Shown here in pieces: positions 1 through 8,640 of a DNA stretch of 32,000 bases. Made by a program: the position numbers and the translations under genes. Every line of letters starts with the position of its first letter. The first letter of the stretch is position 1. Under the pieces are notes generated by a model. It had not been told where the DNA came from. It worked only from the letters and a program-made list of their open reading frames with translations, and did not search any database. The DNA comes from Pirellula staleyi DSM 6068 (GTDB lineage Bacteria; Planctomycetota; Planctomycetia; Pirellulales; Pirellulaceae): contig CP001848.1 in assembly GCA_000025185.1 (NCBI GenBank), positions 450,001-482,000 of the forward strand, written 5' to 3'.

Positions 1-2481
1 CCAATCGTCGACCGGCTCGATGATGCCGCGGCCGATGTAGCGATGCCAAAAACGATTGGCGAGAACTTTAGCAAAACGTGTGTTGTGAGGAGAGGTGATG
101 CGCACGGCTAGTTGCTCGCGCGTGTCGCCCGGAGATTCGAGCAGCTCTTTTTTGAGCTCGCCGACGTAGTGATCGACAAAGGGCCAGCCTGGCTCGATCT
201 TCTCGCCCGGCTTGAGAGTCACCTTCACCACCAGCGACTTCAAGGCGGCGGGATCGCCTGGAATGGTGCTCGTTTTGGGGAGAGTTTGTGTACCACGCCC
301 CAGCATCGCGGCGAGGTTGAAGAGGTCCTTTTGTTTCCACTCGTGGAACGGCGCATCGTGACAGCGAGCGCAGTTGAGATTGATGGCGAGCATCGCACCA
401 GCAAGGACGTGCGCCTTGGCTGCAAGGGGCGCATCGTTTTGACTAGCGACCGCAAAACCACCGGGGCCACCGTAGCGATCGCTCCCTTCCATCAGGATCA
501 GTTCGGTCGTAAACCGATCGAGCGGACGATTGTCGGAAAGCGCTTCGTAGAGCCACCAGCGGAACGGGCCGGTGTTGTTGAGCGTCGGGTTCACGATGTT
601 CGGATTCTCGGCCAGCACATCCTGCCAGTAGCCCATCCAGTGATCGGCCCAGCCTGGTTGCTGGAGCAAGTGATCGATCAGCAGAGAGCGTTTGTTGTCG
701 CGCGTATCGGCCAGGAAACGCTCGACTTCGGCTGCTGTGGGGGTGATGCCCAGGACATCGAGATAGAGGCGCCGCACAAACGATTCGTCACTTGCGCGGG
801 GGGCAGCGGTGAGCTTCGAATCGGTCAGCCGCGAAGCAACCAAGCGATCGATGTCGGTAGACCCTTCCAGAGCTGGAATCGCAATGGGCTCGAGCGACCG
901 CAGATACTCGCGGGCATAGTCGTGACGAGCATCCCAGTATTTCGCATATTCGGCCGATGACTGCTGACGTCGCGTCCGATTGATCGAAGCCAAGAGCCCC
1001 TGCTGTTCAGCTTCAAAGGCCAGGTAGCCTTCGTCGGTGAGTGGAATTTTGCGATCGGCATCCGGGGCGACCACCACAAAATCATCGCTTCCCATCGGCG
1101 CAACTGTGAGGCTTGCTTCCCCCAGCTCGGGACGACGTTTTTTGCCACCCATATGCAGTTGCAGTTGCACGCGATGCGTCCCTTCTTCAAGCTCAACTTC
1201 AAACAATGTTTCGCGATCACCGGGCTGAACCACGCGGATGCTCGGGGAGACTTTGCTTGTGGGTTTTAGGTACGGATGGTGACCATCGTCGCTGGCATGC
1301 GAAAACGGATTTTCGCCCACTAGTTTCCCATCGATGAAGAGCCTCGCGCCACTGCGCGATCGGACGAGTAAACGATGTTTTCCTGCAGTGAAATCGATAT
1401 CGCTCGTCATCCAGGCAACATGTGGATTCCCTCGATCCACACGCACTCCATGTCGGTTGTAGTTGTTGGGCAGAGCAAACGCGGCCATTTGATCGATAGT
1501 AAAGCGCTCGCTGGGACTGGGGTGAATAAAGTCCCAACTGAAGGCGTCGGGAATGCCTTCGAACACTTCCACCAGCACTTTACCTGCCGGGACTGGGACA
1601 TTGGTGAGATAGGGATCGGGCTGCACCATCTGAAAACGGGCTGCAATGCGTTCAGCAGGAAGTTCGCAACGGTAGATCGCCACTTCGTCGATCAAACCGG
1701 TGAAGGAGTTGGAACCAGCGGTCCCTTGCGCGCTGCCGATCCAAAGTTCGTCGTTATCAACGACAGGCCCTTCGGCCGAGGGACCACCGTAGTCCCAGGT
1801 TCCTTTGCTCGGTTTGCCGTCGATATACCCCCGAATGGAATCGGGCTTACCGAAGACATAACTCACCGCCACATGGTGCCACGCCCCAATGGTGAAGTTG
1901 CTGGTGGTGTTCCAGCGATGCCAGTCGTCGGTGGTGCCACGGCGATTGTCGCTGCTACGAAACAGGAACGAGAGACTCGCCCGTCCCGACTCGCCGTTAA
2001 CGCGCAGTCCATAGTTCTGGTTGTCAGCCGCTTGTCCTTCGAGTCCGGTGCGACCTTTACCGACGATGTACGACTGCTGACCATTGGCGAGCTTTTTGAC
2101 GTAAACCCACGCCTCGATGGTGATGGCATCGCCGAGGTCGAAATCGAGGGGGCTCTTGTCACCGGGATCAGCGACCCGAATCGCGCTGGCGGAAAATTCC
2201 GCGGCGGTGTTGTCCGTTGCAAAGAGTGGGAACGTGATCGGGCGGGGACCACTCTCAGCGACGTTCACCTTCCCTTGGGTGGTCGGCTTCGTAAGTTCGG
2301 CAGATCCGCGACTGGCCCAATCGGACATCGAAAACCAAACGACTGGCTCGTCGGCTGCCACAATGTCGGCATAGGTGAGGGGCTTGCTCGGTGCCGATTC
2401 GGAGTCGTTTTGAGCGAGCGCGAGCGACGCAAAACATCCCACCCAAGCGAGTAACGCGATTCCGATCGATCCCCAACGCAT
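1..2481 (-). CDS. PSD1-type secreted protein (signal peptide, LamG-like region, DUF1549 and DUF1553 motifs). The C-terminus runs off the left edge of the window.
   Basis: Missing from the ORF track because it has no in-window stop. The reverse complement from 2481 reads ATG CGT TGG... = MRWGSIGIALLAWVGCFASLALAQNDS (signal peptide). The frame stayed open in every block I translated by hand (2481-2161, 1320-1201, 1080-961, 840-661, 120-1). It contains FVRRLYLDVLGITPTAAEVERFLADTRDNKRSLLIDHLLQ (DUF1549-type) and ends ...LANRFWHRYIGRGIIEPVDDW (DUF1553-type). The + ORFs 112..960 and 1375..2454 are its antisense shadows. Confidence 0.85.
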   Translation of the reverse strand, partial: MRWGSIGIALLAWVGCFASLALAQNDSESAPSKPLTYADIVAADEPVVWFSMSDWASRGSAELTKPTTQGKVNVAESGPRPITFPLFATDNTAAEFSASAIRVADPGDKSPLDFDLGDAITIEAWVYVKKLANGQQSYIVGKGRTGLEGQAADNQNYGLRVNGESGRASLSFLFRSSDNRRGTTDDWHRWNTTSNFTIGAWHHVAVSYVFGKPDSIRGYIDGKPSKGTWDYGGPSAEGPVVDNDELWIGSAQGTAGSNSFTGLIDEVAIYRCELPAERIAARFQMVQPDPYLTNVPVPAGKVLVEVFEGIPDAFSWDFIHPSPSERFTIDQMAAFALPNNYNRHGVRVDRGNPHVAWMTSDIDFTAGKHRLLVRSRSGARLFIDGKLVGENPFSHASDDGHHPYLKPTSKVSPSIRVVQPGDRETLFEVELEEGTHRVQLQLHMGGKKRRPELGEASLTVAPMGSDDFVVVAPDADRKIPLTDEGYLAFEAEQQGLLASINRTRRQQSSAEYAKYWDARHDYAREYLRSLEPIAIPALEGSTDIDRLVASRLTDSKLTAAPRASDESFVRRLYLDVLGITPTAAEVERFLADTRDNKRSLLIDHLLQQPGWADHWMGYWQDVLAENPNIVNPTLNNTGPFRWWLYEALSDNRPLDRFTTELILMEGSDRYGGPGGFAVASQNDAPLAAKAHVLAGAMLAINLNCARCHDAPFHEWKQKDLFNLAAMLGRGTQTLPKTSTIPGDPAALKSLVVKVTLKPGEKIEPGWPFVDHYVGELKKELLESPGDTREQLAVRITSPHNTRFAKVLANRFWHRYIGRGIIEPVDDW

Positions 2482-2852
2482 AGTTCCGTCCCCAAGCCAG
2501 CTAAGAAGCAGTCGGTCGGCACATATCCAGCTTGGAAACTAACCTGTTTTTGCTTGACTCGCAACCATTTCCTGGCTCAAGGGGAAATTCGAATGCCGCA
2601 AAACCGCACACAAGAGCGGTCAACCCTCCACTGCCTCGAATCAACGGCCCACGATGCATGCATGTAACCAACACGACTGTCGGGGTCATAAATTGATTGA
2701 CACGCACCATTTTCGCGGGTCATACTGCCGATCTACAAACTAATGAGCGGCTGTTGATCGATAGCCGTTTTCCTGCCACGACGATCCGCCTTCCTCGCGC
2801 CCCGTACGACTCCCCCACTCGACCTGCCCACCCTTTCCACTGGATTCCTCGT

Positions 2853-4292
2853 ATGTCGCGACGCAAACCCAATGCTGGTAGCCCGTTCTGCTCGGGGCCG
2901 ATGACACGTCGCAGCTGGCTTTCGGCGGGAGCGATGGGGGTCGCAGGGATGGGGCTGAGCGACCTTCTGGCCCTGCGTGCGCAGGCAGCTGAAGCGAGCA
3001 GCGAAGCAGCGGCTCGCAGCGATACGGCGGTGATCTTCCTCTGGCTGCCAGGGGGTCCGCCCCACATGGAAACCTACGATATGAAGCCGGATGCTCCGGC
3101 CGACTATCGTGGCGAGTTCCGACCGATTCACACCAACGTGCCTGGCATCGATGTGTGCGAACTGCTGCCACTGCACGCCAAAATCGCCGACAAATACACC
3201 CTCATTCGTAGCTGTGCCCACGAATTTTCGGACCACGGCGGCGGCCATAAGCGGTTCATGACTGGCCGCGATCCGCTGCAGCCCACAGGATTTGTGAACG
3301 ACTATCCCGCTGTCGGCTCGATGATCGCCCGGATGCGCGAAGGCCAAGGGGACGGCGGCTTGCCGAGCTACGTGCTGGGAGTCGATGGCGGACGCCAAGG
3401 AATCGACACCTTCAGCCTCGGAACTGCTTATCTCGGTCAGGCTTACGCCCCATTCACCGTGCCGGGCGACCCCAGCGATCCGAAGTTCCAGGTACAGAAC
3501 CTGTCGCTGGCGAAAGAAATGGAAAACCGCCTCACCGACCGGACGACGCTCCTTTCGAGCCTCGATCGCATGCAACGCAACGTCGATGCTGCTGGCGACC
3601 TCTCGGCGATGGACAAGTTTTCGCAGCAGGCTTTGCAACTCCTCACGAGCGACAAAGCTCGCAAAGCGTTCGACTTATCGCTCGAGGATGAAAAAACGCG
3701 CGAGCGTTACGGCAAGCATGCCTGGGGGATGCGCGCTTTGATGGCTCGCCGACTTGTGGAAGCGGGCTGTTCGTTCGTCACGATGGTGCTCGAGAACCCG
3801 TATGTCTCGGGCGTCAGCTTTTTGAAGAATGGCACCTACAACTGGGACTCGCACGCTGTCAATTGTCATCTGTTCGACGATGCCCGCGTGCGGTTTCCGA
3901 TCTACGACCAAGTCGTGACCGCCCTGATCGAAGACCTCTATGCACGCGGGCTCGATAAACGCGTCTTGCTGGTGGTGACCGGCGAGTTCGGACGCACTCC
4001 ACGTCTAAGCCAATCGGTCGGCTCGCAAACCGGCGTGATGCAGCCGGGTCGCGATCACTGGCCAGGTGCGATGTCGATGCTGGTTTCCGGCGGCGGCATG
4101 CGTACGGGGCAAGTGGTCGGTAGCACCAACGACAAGGGAGAACATCCCGTCGATCGCCCTCTCTCGCCCAACGACCTCTGGGCCACCGTGATGCGTCACC
4201 TGGGGATCAACTGGGAAGCGACGATTCCCGATCACAGCGGCCGCCCCATGCCCCTCTTGCCCTTTGGAACTCCGATCGCCGAGCTGGTGTAG
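2853..4292 (+). CDS. DUF1501 family (sulfatase-fold) protein with a twin-arginine-type signal
   Basis: ORF 2697..4292. I place the start at ATG 2853 (MSRRKPNAGS...) because the Tat-like signal TRRSWLSAGAMGVAGMGL follows shortly after. Family hallmarks are present: VVTGEFGRTP and GRDHWPGAMSMLVSGGG. This family is the usual partner of PSD1 proteins in Planctomycetota. Confidence 0.85.
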   Translation: MSRRKPNAGSPFCSGPMTRRSWLSAGAMGVAGMGLSDLLALRAQAAEASSEAAARSDTAVIFLWLPGGPPHMETYDMKPDAPADYRGEFRPIHTNVPGIDVCELLPLHAKIADKYTLIRSCAHEFSDHGGGHKRFMTGRDPLQPTGFVNDYPAVGSMIARMREGQGDGGLPSYVLGVDGGRQGIDTFSLGTAYLGQAYAPFTVPGDPSDPKFQVQNLSLAKEMENRLTDRTTLLSSLDRMQRNVDAAGDLSAMDKFSQQALQLLTSDKARKAFDLSLEDEKTRERYGKHAWGMRALMARRLVEAGCSFVTMVLENPYVSGVSFLKNGTYNWDSHAVNCHLFDDARVRFPIYDQVVTALIEDLYARGLDKRVLLVVTGEFGRTPRLSQSVGSQTGVMQPGRDHWPGAMSMLVSGGGMRTGQVVGSTNDKGEHPVDRPLSPNDLWATVMRHLGINWEATIPDHSGRPMPLLPFGTPIAELV

Positions 4293-4345
4293 TGGCTGCA
4301 GAATCGTGGAGCAAAGATCGCTTCGATGGCGATCAGCGAACCCGA

Positions 4346-6001
4346 CTAGAACTCGATCGTTTTGATGGTGTCGCCGCCACTAAGCATGGCACCCGTGAGG
4401 CAGCGATCGGCTGCGGCGAGCAACTGCTCACTCGGGAAGTTTTTGCTCGGCAAGGCGAGGGTCGCAATGCCGATGGATAGCGAAATCGAAGCGGTCGCTA
4501 CGGACGATTTCTCGCCACGATCCGCCGATTCACTCTTGCGTTTCCACTGCGACTGAAGCTGCCTCAAAACGCTCGTGGCAGCCGAGCGCTGATAGTCGAG
4601 CAGCACCACCGCCCATCGCGCTGAAGCGATCTCGATCACGCGTCCTTCACCATGCACGGCTTCGTAGAGCGCCAGCCCCACTTCGTGCATCAAACCAGCA
4701 GCGGCTGAGGTTCCCAGCGTGTAGCAAAGATCGGTCGCCCGATCGATTTCGACAAAAGCGAGGGAGACCGGCACCCGACTGTTGCGTGCTTGAGCAATCG
4801 CCGAAGTCACGAGCCCTGCAAGACCTGGATCGAAGTTCGAAGTGTTTGAGCTGCGCGATTCGCGCGCGACGGAGTGCGGAAGACTGGCTGCTGCTGTAGT
4901 GACAGTTCCACTAGAGGCAACTGCGCTGCTGCTGGTCGATCGCGCGGTGGTGGCGATCTGCTCGCGGAGGGCCAGCGTCGATTCGAGCAACTGCTCCTCG
5001 ACACCGGTGGCGATCATCTCGCGACTCGCTTCAGCCGCCACATCCGAGAGCGCGGCATGCGCTGCGATCAGCAGCTCGGAAGTGGTTTTTCCGCTTGGAA
5101 GTTCGAGATTTAGAACATTGGCGAGTTCGCCAATGCGCTCGTCCATCACCTGCGCAATGGCCTGTACAGTTTCGAGGGAAATGCCGCCGTATGCTTTACC
5201 GGCGAAGAGCAGTTCGTGGAGCGCCGAGCCATAAGGCTGCTCGGTCATGCGCACTAACAGTTCAGCGAGATGCAGCGTCATTGCGATCGGCTTCGCGGGA
5301 CCCGACAGCCGCAAAATGGGCTCGCAATCAGGGCGCGCGGCAATCGCCGTCGTCATCGTTTCAGGCAAGCCCCAACTATCGAGCAAGCGACTACTCACCA
5401 CCAGGTGATCGAAGCCGAGTGCGTCGAGTTCGAGGTCGAGCAGGTTGCCACCATGCTGCGCCACATGATCGAGGAAACGGGTGAAGCTCTCACCGAGATC
5501 TTGCACCATCGCGAGCATGCCGACATCTTGCAGCAACCCCGCGAGGAACGCTTCGTCTCCCGAAATTCGAAACACGCGCGTGGCGAGTTCGCGGCTGGCA
5601 ATCGCTTTCAGAAGCGAGTGCTTCCAGTAACGCGCGAGAACTTGCGCATCGACGCTCGACTGCAAATTGCGAGGCAAACTGAAGCCGAGCACCAGCATCT
5701 TCAGGGGCTTCACTCCCAGCAGCGCAAGAGCCTGATTCAGGTCGGTCACTTGGCGTGATAGGCCGAAGAGCGAGCTGTTGACCACTCGCAAAATGCGGGT
5801 CGTGAGAGCCGGATCGTTCTCGAGACAGAGCTTGATCGAACGGGCATCGACCGTCGGCTCGCTCGTAAGGCGCAGCACTTCGGCTGCCACAGCCGGCAGT
5901 GTATAGAGATGGCGCACGCGGGCCACGTAGGAGGCAAGCGTCGCTGCGCTGTTGGTTTCGTTCATGGCACGCGGGGAGAACGGCATGAGAGAAAGGAACA
6001 T
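4346..6001 (-). CDS. HDOD domain protein with a C-terminal degenerate GGDEF-like domain
   Basis: 551-aa ORF. The N-terminal half is HDOD-like (LPAVAAEVLRLTSEPTVDARSIKLCLENDPALTTRILRVVNSSLFGL...LGVKPLKMLVLGFS). The C-terminal ~165 aa align to the GGDEF fold, but the signature reads IASARWAVVLL instead of RxGGDEFxxLL (also VSLAFVEIDR, ISLSIGIATL, AAADRCLTGAMLSGGDTI). Alternative starts lie at codons 6 and 13. Confidence 0.8.
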   Translation of the reverse strand: MFLSLMPFSPRAMNETNSAATLASYVARVRHLYTLPAVAAEVLRLTSEPTVDARSIKLCLENDPALTTRILRVVNSSLFGLSRQVTDLNQALALLGVKPLKMLVLGFSLPRNLQSSVDAQVLARYWKHSLLKAIASRELATRVFRISGDEAFLAGLLQDVGMLAMVQDLGESFTRFLDHVAQHGGNLLDLELDALGFDHLVVSSRLLDSWGLPETMTTAIAARPDCEPILRLSGPAKPIAMTLHLAELLVRMTEQPYGSALHELLFAGKAYGGISLETVQAIAQVMDERIGELANVLNLELPSGKTTSELLIAAHAALSDVAAEASREMIATGVEEQLLESTLALREQIATTARSTSSSAVASSGTVTTAAASLPHSVARESRSSNTSNFDPGLAGLVTSAIAQARNSRVPVSLAFVEIDRATDLCYTLGTSAAAGLMHEVGLALYEAVHGEGRVIEIASARWAVVLLDYQRSAATSVLRQLQSQWKRKSESADRGEKSSVATASISLSIGIATLALPSKNFPSEQLLAAADRCLTGAMLSGGDTIKTIEF

Positions 6002-6023
6002 CGGGGTAATTTCCCCGAGGCTG

Positions 6024-6200
6024 CTAGCGGCCCATTGCCGTGTTCAGCTTATTACCCGAATCGGTAATGCTGTCGTTGGCTGCCTGGCCAATCAGCACCA
6101 CCCCCGCAATGCAAACCATGATGATCATGGCGAGCATCACCGCGTATTCGACGGCGGTTGGTCCATCTTCTTCGCGGAGAAAGTTGGAGATCCATTGCAT
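6024..6200 (-). CDS. flp: Flp/Fap family type IVb prepilin (58 aa)
   Basis: This is the internal Met of ORF 6024..6413: MQWISNFLREEDGPTAVEYAVMLAMIIMVCIAGVVLIGQAANDSI... It carries the Flp processing motif G-x4-EY followed by a hydrophobic helix. A Shine-Dalgarno-like AGGGAG lies 9 nt upstream of ATG 6200. The upstream 71 codons of the ORF look non-coding. Confidence 0.8.
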   Translation of the reverse strand: MQWISNFLREEDGPTAVEYAVMLAMIIMVCIAGVVLIGQAANDSITDSGNKLNTAMGR

Positions 6201-6448
6201 GACGATCGCTCCCTTTCCAGTGGCTCGCCCATCGAACGGCTGCGGCACCGCACGCAACCCGGCTCGAAACAATGGAGCGGATATCGTGCGCGCAAACCTG
6301 TGGAATGCCCGGTAAGGGAACCGTAGGTCACGAAATAGCACATGGCAAACAGCCACTAAAGAACTGTGCTTTATTTCTGGCTGAGCAAGTGAGGGTGGTA
6401 ACGATCCCCTCAAGCGATACCGAGCCTACTCAGAGATCGCCAAACACT

Positions 6449-6799
6449 CTAACGCAAATTCTCGTAAGGACTTGCGTAGGTCGATGGGAGCTGGCCGGGG
6501 CGGACTGCTGTGCGAGGAGCAGCCGACCGGTTGTAGCTCGAAGGAGCTACTGGAGTGGTGCGAGCTGGCGCCGGCAGAGGTTCCGCACCATGAGTAATGA
6601 CAGCTCCACTGCTGCCACACTGACAAGGTCCCACACACGTGGGGCAACCATTGCGGCTGTGATAGCCGTCGCTCCACCCGAGCCCAAGCGAACGCATCGT
6701 GGCGTTCCACCAACCAGCGTGCGACGTCGAGGCAGTAACGAGCAGCAGCGCGATGCAAACAGCAGCAGGCCAGTGACTTACGACATTTTTTCGCGACAT
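6449..6799 (-). CDS. Small secreted hypothetical protein (116 aa)
   Basis: It has a signal peptide (MSRKNVVSHWPAAVCIALLLVTASTSHA). GGAGG lies 10 nt upstream of the ATG. The mature part has GLGWSDGYHS and CPTCVGPCQC motifs and a Pro/Ala-rich tail. It is co-directional with the flanking genes. I recognise no family. Confidence 0.5.
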   Translation of the reverse strand: MSRKNVVSHWPAAVCIALLLVTASTSHAGWWNATMRSLGLGWSDGYHSRNGCPTCVGPCQCGSSGAVITHGAEPLPAPARTTPVAPSSYNRSAAPRTAVRPGQLPSTYASPYENLR

Positions 6800-6879
6800 A
6801 GTGCCTGCCTCCGTGCAAGGGTGCGGCGGGCGGCTCGAGGCCTCGCCCCGAGCATCCCACCTTCGAAGGCTTATCGCAC

Positions 6880-8133
6880 TTACTGGGGCAGTTGCTCCAG
6901 AGGACCAATCGCGAACGTTGCAGTCCGGTTAAGCGGATAGTTCGCCAAAACCCGCTTAATGTCGGCAGTCGTCACGCGCCGGTAGCGATCAACCACCTCG
7001 CGAACCGTCAGATACTTGCCTCGCTGAACCCAGCCGCCCCCCACCGAGAAAAGCCGATTCGACGGCCGCTCGGCCTGCAGCACCAGATGGGCACAAATTT
7101 TGTTTTTGGCCTGCTCCAGTTCCTCTTCGGTCACCCCATTTTCCTGCACTTCCGCCAGGATATCGGCGAGTTTCGCGAGGTTGGCTCCGGTTTGATCGGG
7201 AACTCCCGACAGGCTCGTAAGGAACAGCCCCGCTCCTTGGAATTCCATGCAGCCAATCGCAGCGTACTCGGCTTCACCGGTGTCGATGAGTTCCCAAAAC
7301 AGTCGACTTCCGGAATCATCGCCGACAATCGTCGCAAGCAAACGAGCCGCGTAACGGTCGTCGTCTCGCGCGTCGGGAGCCATGGCACTTTGAATCACGT
7401 ACTGCTGAGCCGCGAGCGATTTCTGCTCGACCTTGGTCGTCAGCTGCGTTTGAAACGGCGGTGTTTCGCGAGGTGCTGCTTTCGGTTCCCACTTGCCACA
7501 TAGCTGCTCGGCGGTTTTCACCAACGCATCGAAGTCGACATTGCCAGCCGCTGCTAGCACGATGTTTCCGGGGCTATAGCGCTGCTCGAAGTAGGCCATC
7601 ATCTGGTCGCGCGTCAGAGCAGTCACACTCTCAACCGTTCCCAAAATGCTATTCGCCAGGGGATGATTTCCCCAAAAAACACTGACGCATTTTTCGAAGG
7701 CGTTATACGGCGGCTGATCCTCGTACTTTGCGATTTCCTCGAGAATCACCTTCTTTTCGGTGTCAAAATCTTCCTGACGGAGCGCCGGACGCATGATGTC
7801 GGTTAGCAGTTCCACGATCGGCTGCTGATCGTCGGGCAACGTGGTGGCGTAGTACACCGTCTGCTCTTCGCTCGTGTACGCATTACTGCTGCTCGACAAA
7901 TCATCGAGTTCTCGATTCACCTCAAAACTGGTTCGCTTGTCGGTCCCTTTAAAGACCATGTGCTCGAGAAAGTGGCTCACCCCCGCCACTTCGGGTGATT
8001 CGTCGCGAGCACCTGTCTTCACCATGTAGGCATACGCCGCCGAATACGCATCCGGGCTCGTCTCGGCCACAATCTCGAGGCCATTGGCGAGCTTGGCATG
8101 ACGAAACGCGACAGGCGACTTGCTCGATCCCAT
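6880..8133 (-). CDS. M16 (pitrilysin) family zinc peptidase
   Basis: ORF 6880..8220. The inverted zinc motif HFLEHMVFKGT (HxxEH) is present, and the N-terminus AFRHAKLANGLEIV is typical of M16. I prefer ATG 8133 (MGSSKSPVAF...) over the GTG at 8220. Confidence 0.85.
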   Translation of the reverse strand: MGSSKSPVAFRHAKLANGLEIVAETSPDAYSAAYAYMVKTGARDESPEVAGVSHFLEHMVFKGTDKRTSFEVNRELDDLSSSSNAYTSEEQTVYYATTLPDDQQPIVELLTDIMRPALRQEDFDTEKKVILEEIAKYEDQPPYNAFEKCVSVFWGNHPLANSILGTVESVTALTRDQMMAYFEQRYSPGNIVLAAAGNVDFDALVKTAEQLCGKWEPKAAPRETPPFQTQLTTKVEQKSLAAQQYVIQSAMAPDARDDDRYAARLLATIVGDDSGSRLFWELIDTGEAEYAAIGCMEFQGAGLFLTSLSGVPDQTGANLAKLADILAEVQENGVTEEELEQAKNKICAHLVLQAERPSNRLFSVGGGWVQRGKYLTVREVVDRYRRVTTADIKRVLANYPLNRTATFAIGPLEQLPQ

Positions 8134-8315
8134 GCGGGTGAAATCCTTGGAAGAGGTGAACGATCGACGAGCGGGGAAAAAATTCGACCTACGAAAACCG
8201 CTGTCGCCGACCTTATGCACCCATTTTAGCCGATCAGAGCGACGACTACAGGTGCTTACGGCCCCTTAGTTCTTTGGGCGGGTTCGGACCGATAAACTGC
8301 ACCGAGAATCTGCTC

Positions 8316-8343
8316 TTGTCAAACGAATTCCGGCGCGTATATT
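8316..8343 (+). promoter_or_regulatory. Sigma-70-like promoter candidate: TTGTCA-N16-TATATT
   Basis: TTGTCA at 8316-8321 and TATATT at 8338-8343, separated by 16 nt. It lies in the long non-coding region between the M16 peptidase and lptF/G-like genes. The predicted start near 8350 feeds directly into the terminator at 8375-8416. Confidence 0.35.
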
Positions 8344-8374
8344 TTGTCACATTCATACTTCGCTATCGTTATTG

Positions 8375-8416
8375 GCGATCGGTCACATTCATTTCGTGGC
8401 CGATCGCTTTTTCTTT
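8375..8416 (+). terminator. Rho-independent terminator-like hairpin with a T-run
   Basis: GCGATCGG (8375-8382) pairs perfectly with CCGATCGC (8400-8407). Inner CAC/GTG pairs extend the stem. TTTTTCTTT follows immediately at 8408-8416. The T-run exists only for a + strand transcript. Confidence 0.5.
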
Positions 8417-8640
8417 GCGCTCACGCCGCTTCAGCCCAACCTCTAGCGCCACGCTCGCTCGTGAATTCTCCGCGAGCAACTCCCAAACTGAAGTTCGCCC
8501 TCCGCCCCCCTTTTGCTACACTCCTGCTGCCCGATTGCTGCCCGATCCGAGGTCTCGCGACGCTCGATCCCTGCTAGCACGCTTCTTTCTGTTCCCACCT
8601 TGCCTCGCGTTCCTTGCCTCCTCGCTGCAGAGTTCCACTC

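Noticed and set aside
112-2454. Long + strand ORFs 112..960 (282 aa) and 1375..2454 (359 aa)
   Set aside because: Their translations have no recognisable motifs. They lie exactly antisense to the well-supported PSD1 gene (1..2481, minus strand). These are typical GC-rich shadow ORFs.
2733-3638. Minus ORF of 301 aa, plus overlapping 115-aa and 143-aa ORFs
   Set aside because: They are antisense to the DUF1501 gene. The translations are Arg/Ala-rich nonsense with no family resemblance.
4316-4334. Small hairpin GATCGC-N7-GCGATC between the convergent DUF1501 and HDOD genes
   Set aside because: It has only 6 bp and no U-tract on either strand. GATC-containing palindromes are frequent in this sequence.
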